Positions 28,954 to 39,643 of a DNA stretch of 64,000 nt are shown here, piece by piece (the stretch's first letter is position 1; the number at the start of each line of letters is the position of its first letter). The DNA is taken from contig CAXXFK010000028.1 in assembly GCA_963663965.2 (NCBI GenBank), positions 288,001 to 352,000 on the forward strand, read 5' to 3'. Source of the stretch: Sedimentisphaerales bacterium (GTDB taxonomy: Bacteria; Planctomycetota; Phycisphaerae; Sedimentisphaerales; SM23-30). Made by a program: the position numbers and the translations under genes. The notes beneath the pieces were generated by a model. It saw only the letters and a program-made list of their open reading frames with translations, was not told the origin of the DNA and ran no database searches.

Positions 28954-30205
28954 TTGAGTACTGATATATCTGTTTACAACTATGATAATGGAATCAGGCT
29001 GGTCTGTGAACCCATGGATGATGTCGCGTCGGCGGCGATTGTTTTTGCAATTCCTTGCGGGGTTTCCAGAGATCCTCAATTGAAAAATGGCCTTTCCGGC
29101 GTATTAAGTGAACTTATCTTCCGCGGAGCGGGACCTTATGATAACCAGGCTCTCAATGACCAGTTTGATATGCTGGGAATACACCGAAACAGTTCTGCCA
29201 ACACCATGTTTTTGAATATTTCCGGATCTATGGTTAGCGATAAATTGCCTCAAGCCATCGAGCTTTTTAGTCAGGTAATTCAAAATCCTCTATTGCCTGA
29301 CGATCAGGTGGAATTTTGTAAGTCGTTATCAATCCAGAGCATAGATTCAATTGATGACGATCCTCGCCAAAAAATTTCCATATTGGCGCGCAGCCAATTC
29401 TTAAATTATCCCTATAATCAGTCTCATTACGGTCAAAAAGCGGATATTGCATCTCTAAGCCATCAGGAAATCTATAACCATTACAAACGTTTTTTTGCAC
29501 CTTCTGAAACAATTATCGCTGTTGCCGGGAATATTGATCCTGATCAGGTTTATAATCTGATTAACCAATTCTTTGGCAACTGGAGTGCCCAGTTGCTGCC
29601 CGAATTGTCGGCGCCCCAGGCTTTCAGTCGGGTGTATCATGAAGAAAATGATGGCAATCAGGTTCATATAGCCGTTTTGTATCCTTCGATTCACACCAGT
29701 CACCCGGATTTTTACAAGGCCCTGCTTTCTGTCTCAGTCCTTTCTGGCGGAATGGGAAGTCGCTTATTCACTGAAGTTCGGGAAAAACGCGGGTTATGTT
29801 ACGCGGTTGGCGCCAATCATATGGTTATCGATAAGTTGGGTGCCGTCTTCTGTTATGCCGGCAGCAGTCCGGCGAACGCACAACAGGCGCTGGATGTCAT
29901 CATGCATGAATTAAGTATGCTGGCTCAAGGAGTGACCGAGGAAGAGCTCCAGCGCGCCAGAATTGGTTTGCGGGCTTCGTTGGTAATGCAAGGGGAATCC
30001 AACGTCTTCCCGGGCTTCGGGATGTGCCGGTGATCTCTATCATCTCAACCGGGTACGAACCCTGGAAGAGATCGAGCAGGCAATTATGGCCGTGACGATT
30101 GATGAAATTAATCAATTTGTCGAGAGTACGCCTCCCGCCGATTTCACAATGGTTACGATAGGTCCGAATAAACTTAATACGGATTGTTATATTGAGAAAG
30201 CTTGA
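28954..30205 (+). CDS. M16 (pitrilysin/insulinase) family protein, non-catalytic subunit; frameshifted near 30001
   Basis: NGIRLV, LSGGMGSRLFTEVREKRGLCY; no HxxEH. Removing one base at ~30001 gives MQGESTSSRA…RVRTLEEIEQAI.AVT…TMVTIGP to TGA 30203-30205. Confidence 0.85.
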
Positions 30206-30494
30206 TTAGAAACCTGGAAAATCTCCGGGAATCAGGTTTTTCAGATAGTGGTTTTCCTAAAAAAACTGGATTTTATTGGTCGTTTGCCGGGATTATCGCC
30301 GATACTATTAACCGCCCGTGTTCGGTTTTTAAACTGAACTGGGTAGGTTTACATACATAATTAAACCCCGGGGACAGGGGTATTCGTTTGCAGGCCGGGA
30401 CAGCGCTTTCCCAAAGTAACCAGATGGATTGTTGATTTATCTGCTTATCTGTTTATCTGTTCGTTACATCTATAATAAAGACTGAGATTTCATC

Positions 30495-31679
30495 ATGTTA
30501 TTCAATGCCGATCATACGACTTCCCCCCAGAAATTCAGTATCCCCGTGATTGCTCTGGTGGTGCTGGTATTGACTGGAATATTTTCGTTTACAGTTTCCA
30601 TGGCTCAGACACGTATTGATGGCCCGTTGGCAAATGAAAGCGATAGTCAGCCGGAAATAGTTGCTCAGAGCCCGATCGTTTCCGAAATCCCTGTCCAGTC
30701 AAAAGGGAATGGAATGGATGAAAATTGGCTACATCAGGAAATGCTCCGGGTGGCAAGCCAGGTTTATGATCAGTCATTAGGAAGTTTAAAGATTACCTTG
30801 GCGATCATGATCGGGATTATCGGCGGGGGTATGATTGTCACCATGTTTTACCTGGGGTATGTGGATCAGCAACGAAAACAACGCCATGAATATTTATTGG
30901 CCAATGCCGAGCAGCTGGCCCGCCAGATTCAGGCATCCGCTCATGATTTACGCAGGGTCTATCAGGAAGCCAGAGAATGGGAAAGGGATCTTTCAGAGAA
31001 GATGCGTGAACGTTATGAAATTCATCATCGTAAAAATAAACAATTACTTGAAGAACTGGAACAGGCTCAAGGTGAATTGCAGGCCATGGAGCAGGAGATC
31101 ATGCGTTTGTCACAAACGCCGATCAAACGCCCGGATTATGAGCGTACCGTGTCTTCCATGATGAATCAGTCACCGACGGAAAGGGTTTCCAGAAAAGAGG
31201 TGAAAATACGAGAAATTGCAGGCATACCCGTCACATTTGTTCAGCGGCCATCATCAGATCAAACAATTCCGGCTACTGAGCCGGATGAGCGTTTTCAGGA
31301 GATTTCTAAACCAACTGTTGCCGAAACAGAATCACTGTTTCCGCATTCCCAACCCAAATCAGCATTGCACGAACAACGCCGGCAAATCATCGATAAAATT
31401 CATCAGACATTTGAACGGGAACTTGAGAAAAATCCCGATAATCCCTCGACCTATCTCAATTGGGGCAACGCCTGTTTGAAGGTTGCCAACAAACTGAAGG
31501 GGGAAGAGCGGAGCCGGATGTTGGAAATTGCTCGAGAAAAATGGATGATGGCGGAACGGTGTCACGCTGGAACGGCCAAGCGGCAGTTATCTGTATTGAA
31601 TGCGATAACCGGACTGGAACAGCAATCTCAGGAATGGGCTTATATGAACCATCAGGATGTCGTGAAACAAACTACCTGA
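30495..31679 (+). CDS. Hypothetical membrane protein with coiled coil and C-terminal TPR-like segment
   Basis: Two hydrophobic segments, an E/Q/R-rich coiled coil and NPDNPSTYLNWGNA.L. Confidence 0.6.
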   Translation: MLFNADHTTSPQKFSIPVIALVVLVLTGIFSFTVSMAQTRIDGPLANESDSQPEIVAQSPIVSEIPVQSKGNGMDENWLHQEMLRVASQVYDQSLGSLKITLAIMIGIIGGGMIVTMFYLGYVDQQRKQRHEYLLANAEQLARQIQASAHDLRRVYQEAREWERDLSEKMRERYEIHHRKNKQLLEELEQAQGELQAMEQEIMRLSQTPIKRPDYERTVSSMMNQSPTERVSRKEVKIREIAGIPVTFVQRPSSDQTIPATEPDERFQEISKPTVAETESLFPHSQPKSALHEQRRQIIDKIHQTFERELEKNPDNPSTYLNWGNACLKVANKLKGEERSRMLEIAREKWMMAERCHAGTAKRQLSVLNAITGLEQQSQEWAYMNHQDVVKQTT

Positions 31680-31701
31680 GTATGGGATTATTGGAAGAGC
31701 G

Positions 31702-32577
31702 TCAGGCTGGCTCATCGCGTTCTTCGATGGTGGCCTTTTCTTTTTCCTCGTCTATAAAGGCCAGCAATTTGTCATGTTTGAGATGCTCAACAAGACGTTC
31801 CCGGGCTTGATCTTTTACTGCCTCAAAGGGTATCGGTTGCGATTCTTTTCTATCCAGTACTTTGGCGATATGCAATCCAAAGCGCGTTTGGAACACATTG
31901 CTGATTCCGCCGGCCGGTAACGAAAAAACCATCGCTTCAAATTCTTCAACCATCTCTCCGCGCGCAAAATAACCCAGGTCTCCACCATTTTGCGGGCAAT
32001 CGGAATGTTGATAACAGAGTTCGGCAAAGTCAGCGCCCCCGCGTAATTGTAACAGGACATTTTCCATTTCTTGCTGTAATTCCCGTGAGGCGATTCCATT
32101 TTCGACGTGCTTGACAATATGGCAGGCGTGGACCATCTCCGGTTGAACATACTCTTCTGCATGTTGGTCATAGAAATTTTTAGTTTCATCGTCTGAAGGT
32201 TGTTCCGGCAATTCGGTGATTTTCCGAACAAATCGATCGACTTGCATGCCCGCTTTGATATCCGCAATGATTTCCGGTTCGCGCTTTTCGCCGCCTTCGA
32301 CATTTTTGAAAAACTCATCGCGGCCGCCATTTTTTTCTACCAGATCATCAAAGTGCTTGCGGGCTTCGCGGTCTGCCACCAATGCGTCTGCGTCATGAGC
32401 GGCCTGGCGCAACAATTCCCGTTCGATAATGTTTTCGCGCGACCAGTCACGCAACTGACTTTCGCGTTCTTCTTCATTCATTTCGGCGAAGGTTCGGTCA
32501 TACTCCGGCCGCATGCGTTCCATTTCCTGTTCAATTGACTCCGGTTTCACTGGTTGGCCGTTTACATATAACACCAT
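31702..32577 (-). CDS. Parvulin-type peptidyl-prolyl isomerase (PpiC/SurA/PrsA-like)
   Basis: ATG 32577 with AGGAG SD; VHACHIV, FAEL…HSDCP..GGDLGYF.RG.MV.EFE and FG.HI. Confidence 0.9.
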   Translation of the reverse strand: MVLYVNGQPVKPESIEQEMERMRPEYDRTFAEMNEEERESQLRDWSRENIIERELLRQAAHDADALVADREARKHFDDLVEKNGGRDEFFKNVEGGEKREPEIIADIKAGMQVDRFVRKITELPEQPSDDETKNFYDQHAEEYVQPEMVHACHIVKHVENGIASRELQQEMENVLLQLRGGADFAELCYQHSDCPQNGGDLGYFARGEMVEEFEAMVFSLPAGGISNVFQTRFGLHIAKVLDRKESQPIPFEAVKDQARERLVEHLKHDKLLAFIDEEKEKATIEERDEPA

Positions 32578-32698
32578 GTATCTCCTGTAGTATATTTCAA
32601 ATTCGAGTTTGGTTGCCAGAGAAGGCAAACATGATTTTCTTCCAATCTGGATTGTTGCCTAACGGATATAATCCTGAGGAAATCAGGTTTTGTCCAGG

Positions 32699-33997
32699 TT
32701 ATACCTTTAAAAGGTCTTTAACAATTTGAATCGTTCTGGCTGTGGCGCCTTTACTTTCTATCACTACTTGCCGGCCGCAACGGGCCAGATCTTGTGCCCG
32801 GTTACTGTCAAGTAAAGTGCTTTTGACGCTTTCAGGCAATTCATCGACACGGGTGATCTCAATGATTCCCTTTCCAGCCCGTAGTTTGGCCATGGAATCT
32901 GAAAAATTTTCAGTATAAGGGCCCACAATCGTAGGTTTGGCCAGAGCCACGGCTTCAATCATGTCAGATCCCCCCATTGCGGTCAAAGACCGGCCAACAA
33001 ATATTGAATGAGCCAGCGCGTAAAATTTTCTCAGATCACCCATCGTATCTCCCAGAATAACTTGCTCCTCACCACTTGCCTGTGTCTGACCGGTTTTTAT
33101 CTGGCTGTAACGGATAAACTTGAATGCCTCTGCCTCAATCAGTCGGGCTACGTCATCAAATCGTTCAGGCTTACGAGGTACGATGACTAGCTTTAAACCA
33201 GTCAGTTCGGGCTCGTTAATTAACGTCCGGTAGGTCGATAGTATTGCCTCTTCTTCACCAGGGCCTGTACTGCCCGCAACCCAGAGACGATCCGATTGGG
33301 CAAGATTCAGGGCTTTTGCCATATCCTCCTGACCCACGACAGGCAGTTCGGTTTGTGCCGTATCGTATTTTAGAGAGCCAGCAGTAATAATCTTGTTATT
33401 TGGTACGCCCAGATAGCTGAATCGTTCTGCATATTCCTGATCTTGTGCCAATACCCGATCTAACCGGCCAAACATCGGACGAACCAGCCAGGCAATACGT
33501 TTGTAACGTGGAAATCCTTTTCCGGAACTGATCCGACCATTGGCGACTATGGTTGGTATGGAATTTTTCCAGGTATAATAGGTGAAATTGTGCCAGACCT
33601 CCAGTTCCATCAAAATACAGATGTTTGGTTTGATTCGTTTTAAGGCCCTCTTGACTGACCATGAGAAATCAAATGGATAGAAAAAAACCATATGATCCCG
33701 GCCGTAAAGATGCAGTGCTCTGTCATAACCCGTGTCAGTAGTTGTGCTTATAACTATGTCGCATTCAAAACTATGTTTCAACTGCTCAATGACGGTTTGA
33801 GTGGCATTTACCTCGCCCATACTGACAGCGTGTATCCAGATACACCTTCGTGAACTGTTACGAACTGGAACAAAGCCAAAGCGATGGCCCCATCCTCTTC
33901 GGTATCGTCCCTGCTTGATGCCCCGGTAGAATAGCATCGGGAGAAATACCACCAAGGCGATTGAATAAATTATGTCAAATAATACACTTATGATCAT
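32699..33997 (-). CDS. waaA: 3-deoxy-D-manno-octulosonic acid (Kdo) transferase
   Basis: IWIHAVSMGE, ISTTTDTG, YPFD, ELEVW.N, NGRIS, GSLKYD, AGST, VPRKPERF and DTMGDL..FY; start probably ATG 33997 (ORF track gives 34093). Confidence 0.93.
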   Translation of the reverse strand: MIISVLFDIIYSIALVVFLPMLFYRGIKQGRYRRGWGHRFGFVPVRNSSRRCIWIHAVSMGEVNATQTVIEQLKHSFECDIVISTTTDTGYDRALHLYGRDHMVFFYPFDFSWSVKRALKRIKPNICILMELEVWHNFTYYTWKNSIPTIVANGRISSGKGFPRYKRIAWLVRPMFGRLDRVLAQDQEYAERFSYLGVPNNKIITAGSLKYDTAQTELPVVGQEDMAKALNLAQSDRLWVAGSTGPGEEEAILSTYRTLINEPELTGLKLVIVPRKPERFDDVARLIEAEAFKFIRYSQIKTGQTQASGEEQVILGDTMGDLRKFYALAHSIFVGRSLTAMGGSDMIEAVALAKPTIVGPYTENFSDSMAKLRAGKGIIEITRVDELPESVKSTLLDSNRAQDLARCGRQVVIESKGATARTIQIVKDLLKV

Positions 33998-34169
33998 AGA
34001 TGGTTTTTGTATGGTAATGAGTGTTTTAAATTTCGAATGGGATATTGTATGAGGGTGTATAACGGACAGCAAGAATAAATAGAGCCGATTCAATCGATTA
34101 ATGACCCTTGACGGGTTATCTTATTGAATAATAGTGCAATTATTCAGGATACTGTTAAAATAGACAACC

Positions 34170-35129
34170 GTGATTCGATATCGATCAAAGTTAAGTCAAG
34201 GCAAAACACCTCGATGGTCCTTACCCGCCACCGGTTGGGGAGTATCGCTGGTGATCCATTTGTTATTGGGGGTTATTTTAGTTATAGCCAGTCCGGCAGT
34301 AGTCCCGGTTTTACGCAATCAACCAGCTCAAACAGCGATCGAAACCAGTCAGAAGGAGCCGGTATTTGAAACGACCGTAGAAAAATTACAACTCGAATCA
34401 GCCCTCCCCATTCAGGAAAACTGGATTGATGCCTCCTTTCCTGACTGGAAAGGTGCTGATATGGCTCATTTATCCTTCCCATCCGGATCAAACCTGTTAG
34501 CTGTGACAGGAGCCGGATCAGCCCGATCTCTGCCGGTTCAGGGCCGTTCCGAACGGTTAATGAGCGAATTCTGTGGTACTGCCGGCAGTGCGGATCGTAT
34601 CTGTTTTGTCGTTGATATCTCTGGTAGTATGGTGATTGCTCACGATTATGTTCAATCAGAATTGCTCCAGGCAGTGGTGAGTTTGACGCCCATGCATCAT
34701 TTTGGATTGATATTTTTTGCCGGGGGGGATCCCTCCGTGATGGAACCCGGCTATCTGGTTCGTGCCAGCGCCGTACGTCGCCAGGCGGCCGTACCATTTA
34801 TTCGAAATGCCGGATTATTGCCTGTTGCTGGTGAACAGCGGGCCTGGCAGGCCGTGACACGAGCGCTGCAACAGGCCTTTGAAATGAAAACGAAGCAGAA
34901 CCGGCCGGTTCGTCTGATTTATTTATTTACAGATGGACAGTTTGATCATGCCCAGGTCCGTCAGGTCGTCGATCAGTTGCAGGAAAAGCATGCCGGTTTG
35001 GTGACTCTCAATGTGATTGCCTGTGGGTATGAAGAAAATGAGCCTTTCTTAAAAGAGCTCGCCGGCCGTTATAAAGGACAATATCGTTTTATTACGGATG
35101 AGGAACTGGCCACTTTTAATAAAAAATAA
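34170..35129 (+). CDS. Membrane-anchored vWA-domain protein
   Basis: TM segment with S…H (VSLVIHLLL), MIDAS FVVDISGSM and LFTDG. Confidence 0.8.
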   Translation: MIRYRSKLSQGKTPRWSLPATGWGVSLVIHLLLGVILVIASPAVVPVLRNQPAQTAIETSQKEPVFETTVEKLQLESALPIQENWIDASFPDWKGADMAHLSFPSGSNLLAVTGAGSARSLPVQGRSERLMSEFCGTAGSADRICFVVDISGSMVIAHDYVQSELLQAVVSLTPMHHFGLIFFAGGDPSVMEPGYLVRASAVRRQAAVPFIRNAGLLPVAGEQRAWQAVTRALQQAFEMKTKQNRPVRLIYLFTDGQFDHAQVRQVVDQLQEKHAGLVTLNVIACGYEENEPFLKELAGRYKGQYRFITDEELATFNKK

Positions 35130-35221
35130 TACTGACTCGAGTTTGTTATTAGATATCTATCAACAAGTAGCCTTTAATCTGGATCACGATTAGTAGAAGG
35201 CAGGAAAGTCCAATAAGTACA

Positions 35222-35941
35222 ATGAAGCGCTTAATTTTATCGTTAGGGATATTACTTATTCTAAGTGTTAATATCTGGGCCCAGAACGAGCCCGCACCGC
35301 CGCCGGACAACGACTTCTACAAATTCTTTTATTCCGGCGGGCCGCTGGTCTGGCTGGTATTATTGCCCTTATCATTGGTGACAGTCAGTCTGGCCACCCA
35401 GTCTCTGTTAGCGATTCGTGGTAAGAAATTACTGCCTCTGACCGTTCAAGAGAAAGCGAAGCAGATGATTCAGGACGGCCAGTATGATCATCTGGCTGAG
35501 TTTCTGTCACGAAACGGTAGTATGCTGGCCCGACTGTTGCGGATTGCGCTGATCGAACGCCCGGCCGGCCGGATAGCCATGGAAAACGGTGTATCCGATT
35601 ATCTCGAACAGGACACTACCGAGATGCTGCGGCGGATCGAATGGTTGAATATTATTGGTAATGTCGGTCCGATGATAGGCCTCTTTGGTACTGTCTGGGG
35701 TATGATTGACACTTTCAGCGCCATTGTCCGGGCCGGGGGGCAACCCGAGGCGCCCGCGCTGGCCGATGGCATTTCCACTGCCCTGGTGACTACCTGGTGG
35801 GGGATGGTGGTGGCGATACCGGCGCTGGCGGTTTACGGATTCCTGCGCAACCGGATCGATTCTCTCGCGGCCCGGGCGGCTGTACACGCTGAAGAAGTGA
35901 TTCAATTGATTACTGAACACCAGGTGGAGTCTCAGGCATGA
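35222..35941 (+). CDS. MotA/TolQ/ExbB proton-channel protein
   Basis: GPMIGLFGTVWGMI..F and LADGISTALVTT..G..VAIPA. Confidence 0.92.
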   Translation: MKRLILSLGILLILSVNIWAQNEPAPPPDNDFYKFFYSGGPLVWLVLLPLSLVTVSLATQSLLAIRGKKLLPLTVQEKAKQMIQDGQYDHLAEFLSRNGSMLARLLRIALIERPAGRIAMENGVSDYLEQDTTEMLRRIEWLNIIGNVGPMIGLFGTVWGMIDTFSAIVRAGGQPEAPALADGISTALVTTWWGMVVAIPALAVYGFLRNRIDSLAARAAVHAEEVIQLITEHQVESQA

Positions 35942-36465
35942 TTCGTGCGCCCGAAAGTTTACGATTGCATGAGCCGGGTCAGTTCAATATGACTCCGATG
36001 ATTGATGTGGTCTTCTTATTGATCATATTCTTCATGCTGATCTGCCAGTTTATCGCCAGCGAAAACTATAAACTGCTGGTGCCGGATCGCTGTCAGGGAG
36101 CCATCGCCAGTGAAAAACTGGACGAAAACGCGGTGACATTATCTGTTTTTCCCGATGAATCCGATCCTTCTGGTGAAATGTTTGCGGTACGTTCCCGGAC
36201 GTTCGATCCCGATAGTCCGGTTTATGATGGGCATCGCGATAAGCTGGTGGCTGATATGGGGGCTGAAATCGAAAAACAACTGCATGACCGTAGTGATCCA
36301 ATCGTCTATTTGCGCGCGGATCGCGCCCTGACTTACGCCCAGGTTCAAGATGCGCTGGCAGCCTTGGCGCGCGCCAAAGTGACCCGGTTGCAATTAGCCG
36401 CCTTTAAACATTCTCATAATGACACGGATGTTATATCAGATAATCCAGTATCGAATCCCAGATGA
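35938..36465 (+). CDS. ExbD/TolR family protein (1)
   Basis: NMTPMIDVVFLLIIFFML and YLRADR…Y; ATGA overlap with the ExbB gene. Confidence 0.9.
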   Translation: MIRAPESLRLHEPGQFNMTPMIDVVFLLIIFFMLICQFIASENYKLLVPDRCQGAIASEKLDENAVTLSVFPDESDPSGEMFAVRSRTFDPDSPVYDGHRDKLVADMGAEIEKQLHDRSDPIVYLRADRALTYAQVQDALAALARAKVTRLQLAAFKHSHNDTDVISDNPVSNPR

Positions 36466-36935
36466 AACGACTTCGTCCACATAGCCTTTTAGCCAACCAT
36501 AATGGTATTCGCCTGACCTTTCGGATGGTGCCGATGATCGATGTGGTTTTCTTGTTGTTGATCTTTTTTGTATTAACAGCCAATTTCCGGGCCAGCGAAG
36601 GGTACCTGCCGGCCGATTTGCCGAGTCAGCAATCAGAAAGCAACACTCCGGCGGAACTGGAACCAATGTCGGTTTGGCTCAGTCCGGGTAAAAATGCCGG
36701 ATGTAACGTACAAATCAGTGGCGGTGGTCAATTGGAAATATCCAATGATAATGAACTGGAGTGGGTAAAATTGCGTCTTCAGGTTGAGCAGATTATGCAG
36801 CGTCAAGGCCGTCATCTGGACGATCCCGTCAGGCTGGCGCCAGATGCCTACACGCGATGGGACCATGTCGTTCGCGCTTACGATACGCTTTGGCGAATGA
36901 ACCTGACCAATATCGTATTTGCGATGGCTGAATAA
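36462..36935 (+). CDS. ExbD/TolR family protein (2)
   Basis: MVPMIDVVFLLLIFFVL; ATGA overlap with the previous gene. Confidence 0.88.
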   Translation: MKRLRPHSLLANHNGIRLTFRMVPMIDVVFLLLIFFVLTANFRASEGYLPADLPSQQSESNTPAELEPMSVWLSPGKNAGCNVQISGGGQLEISNDNELEWVKLRLQVEQIMQRQGRHLDDPVRLAPDAYTRWDHVVRAYDTLWRMNLTNIVFAMAE

Positions 36936-36987
36936 AACAGTATTCCGGAAACCTGGCCCAAAGTTGATGATACAGATATAATGAAGG

Positions 36988-39600
36988 TTGATAAACAGAA
37001 TCTATTCACAATTAACGATGTTCTTTTTAAAACAGGTAATGACTCAAGCAAAAACAAGAACAATATTATTTATCCCTCTCCTGGCCCTTGTCTTGATATT
37101 CAGGATTAGTTATGCGGCTGCGGCCGAAGTTCAGGCAGACCTGTTACGCTATTATCGCGCTCATCCGGTACCTCAGTCAACCTTCGATGTGTTGGCGGAA
37201 AATCCCGTCGAAATTTCCGAACCACACTTGCCCGATCGTGTGCGTACCATGCTGGATCGTGGCGATATGACCCTGCTGCAATCCATCTATCAGGAACTGT
37301 CCGGTAAACTGGACCGCCAGGCTGAAATATTACGGGATGCGATCGGTGTCTTTTATCGAACATCGGCCAATCCGCCCGCCGTGCAATTGGGCCAACTGGT
37401 CAACCATACGGAAGATTCCCTTTATCTGGCGGAAAACCTGGTCAATCATCTGTTGCTCTGGCTCGATTGGTTTCCTGATGAAGACTGGCCAGAGCAATAC
37501 GGTTCGCTTTATACCTTTCTTACCGGGGCCAGACGATTAAATCTGGTTTATCGTTGCCAGACGGTTTATGGTCAGGCAATAGCCAGCGTGTTTCAATCAA
37601 GAACCGGTCTGGACGGTCAAGGCGACCAGTTAAGACTGCTGCATCAGACCATCCATCAAATCGACCAGTTTGATCCGCAACATAACGATGGCCGCCTTTC
37701 GATCTGGCGGGTAAGGTTATACCACGCCTGTCATCGTCTGTCTGGAACGACCGTTTTTCAACAGCCGCTGCAAAAGGCATACGACCAATTCGAGATGATT
37801 CGATGTGAGGGTGAATTGGAAATCGAGCGCAATCTGCTCCAGATCGAATATAATGCGGACAAACAAGCTATTGATTACGATTTGTTATTAAAACGCTGTC
37901 AGCAGGTGTTTGAAGCATTAAGGGACTCTCAAGCGGACCCTGCCATCGTTCAGGTTCTGAGATTACGCGCCGCCATGCTCACCAGCCAGATTATGCAGCG
38001 ACAGATCTATCGGTCTGCGATGACCGGACCGGTTGCCCAGGAAAATTATCATCAACTATGTTTATTCAATACGACTTATTTGCAGACACTGGTGCGGGCT
38101 ACCGAGGGACAGCAGGAATATATTGAATTTGCCAGAACCATGATCGTCAATCGTTTGCAGGCTTCACTGGATCAGATTTTAGAGAAGGGAAAATCCGGCG
38201 AGATTGGCTCATTGGTGGCCAAATGGCCGGCCGATTGGCAATATGGACTGGCGGATCGCTATTTTTACGCGACTCCCGCACGGTATGACATTGCGATCCC
38301 TCTTTATCAGCAGGTCGTTCGGCAGACGGGCGCCGGAGAACTGATTCCGGCGGCATGGTATAAATTGGGACTCAGCTATGACCAGCAGGCGTTAAAAGGT
38401 GAATACTCGGAAAATATACGTGCCGATCTGCTTCAGAATGCCACCCGGTCACTTTTACAATTCTCTCAGAAGTTCCCAACCTGGCGGCCAAACTCCCTGT
38501 CAGGCCTGCGTGGCGATGACCTGCCCGGTCAGGCCATCGAACGAGCCGCTGCAATTGTCTGTGGTGAACTTGACGCCAACTACGATGCATTGCGGTTGGA
38601 AGTCCTTCAAACGCTTTGTGGCGCCCTGAACGATACCGAAGAGTTATCCGGTTCTTTTGCTGACCGTCCTGCCGCCCGCTCCTGCCGATATTTTTATGCC
38701 CGGGCATTGCATCAAGCCGGCCAGTTAAACAATGCGTTAATCGTCTATCGATTAGTAGATAAGGATGATAATAATTATATCCCGGCCCAACTCGGCTGGT
38801 TGCAGACCCAATATCAAATTTTATCAGTGACACCAGAAACGGAGCCCTGGCAGCCTTTGGCTGAACAGATCAAAGCCTTTATTCTGCAATATTCCGATCA
38901 TGTTGCTTCCATCGACGCAACGGTGTTACTTATCGACATCTTTGGGAAAATAACTGGCTGGTCAGATTGTCTCCACGTTGTTGGAATTGTCTGTCAGGCT
39001 CACCCTGACGAGCCGTTACTGGGCCAGGCAATTTTGAGTCAGGCAGCTACTGTCAGTAGCTATTTAGATAAAAGATATCGGTCAAGATGGCAGGATAAAG
39101 ATATCATCCTGTTACAAGATTGGCTGATGCTGACGGATTATGCCGTTCAGACCAGTCAGGTGGATAGCGATGCCCTGTTATTGAAAGCAGCGCGATCCTA
39201 TCGTCAGGAAGCCGCCGCCTGGCTGGCCCTGGCCGCATTGAATTTTAAACCAGTAAAATTACCGCGATTGATCATTGACAATGTCAGAAAGGAACTGGCC
39301 GAAACCGATACTTCTCCAACCCTGGCAACTATCCGCTATCGCGCCATGCTGACCTATGCCGATGGCGATTATGACCAGTCGCGTCGTTTCTGGTATCTGG
39401 TGCGTCAGGGCACTGATCCGGATAATCCTGAATCCGCGGATAGGTGGTGGGAATCCCGCTATTACAGTCTGAAATGTCTGTTCAACCTTGGCCAGCACGA
39501 TGAAGCGGTCCATGCTGCTGAAGTACTGTTACGATCCTATGAGAATCAATCGAATATCTGGAAAAATCACATTACCCAATTAATTAAATCGCCGCAATAA
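36988..39600 (+). CDS. Large exported alpha-helical/TPR-like protein
   Basis: Signal-like segment (start probably ATG 37039); TPR-like AIPLYQQVV…AWYKLGLSY, RYFYARAL..AGQ and WWESRY..L.CL. Confidence 0.65.
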   Translation: MINRIYSQLTMFFLKQVMTQAKTRTILFIPLLALVLIFRISYAAAAEVQADLLRYYRAHPVPQSTFDVLAENPVEISEPHLPDRVRTMLDRGDMTLLQSIYQELSGKLDRQAEILRDAIGVFYRTSANPPAVQLGQLVNHTEDSLYLAENLVNHLLLWLDWFPDEDWPEQYGSLYTFLTGARRLNLVYRCQTVYGQAIASVFQSRTGLDGQGDQLRLLHQTIHQIDQFDPQHNDGRLSIWRVRLYHACHRLSGTTVFQQPLQKAYDQFEMIRCEGELEIERNLLQIEYNADKQAIDYDLLLKRCQQVFEALRDSQADPAIVQVLRLRAAMLTSQIMQRQIYRSAMTGPVAQENYHQLCLFNTTYLQTLVRATEGQQEYIEFARTMIVNRLQASLDQILEKGKSGEIGSLVAKWPADWQYGLADRYFYATPARYDIAIPLYQQVVRQTGAGELIPAAWYKLGLSYDQQALKGEYSENIRADLLQNATRSLLQFSQKFPTWRPNSLSGLRGDDLPGQAIERAAAIVCGELDANYDALRLEVLQTLCGALNDTEELSGSFADRPAARSCRYFYARALHQAGQLNNALIVYRLVDKDDNNYIPAQLGWLQTQYQILSVTPETEPWQPLAEQIKAFILQYSDHVASIDATVLLIDIFGKITGWSDCLHVVGIVCQAHPDEPLLGQAILSQAATVSSYLDKRYRSRWQDKDIILLQDWLMLTDYAVQTSQVDSDALLLKAARSYRQEAAAWLALAALNFKPVKLPRLIIDNVRKELAETDTSPTLATIRYRAMLTYADGDYDQSRRFWYLVRQGTDPDNPESADRWWESRYYSLKCLFNLGQHDEAVHAAEVLLRSYENQSNIWKNHITQLIKSPQ

Positions 39601-39643
39601 AGGCCAGTTGAAGAACCTCTTTCGCCAGTGCCTGATCTGGGCA

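Noticed and set aside
33953..33980. TTATGTCAAAT resembling the XerD arm of a dif site
   Set aside because: The XerC arm does not match (no ATAA before the spacer) and the site lies inside waaA.
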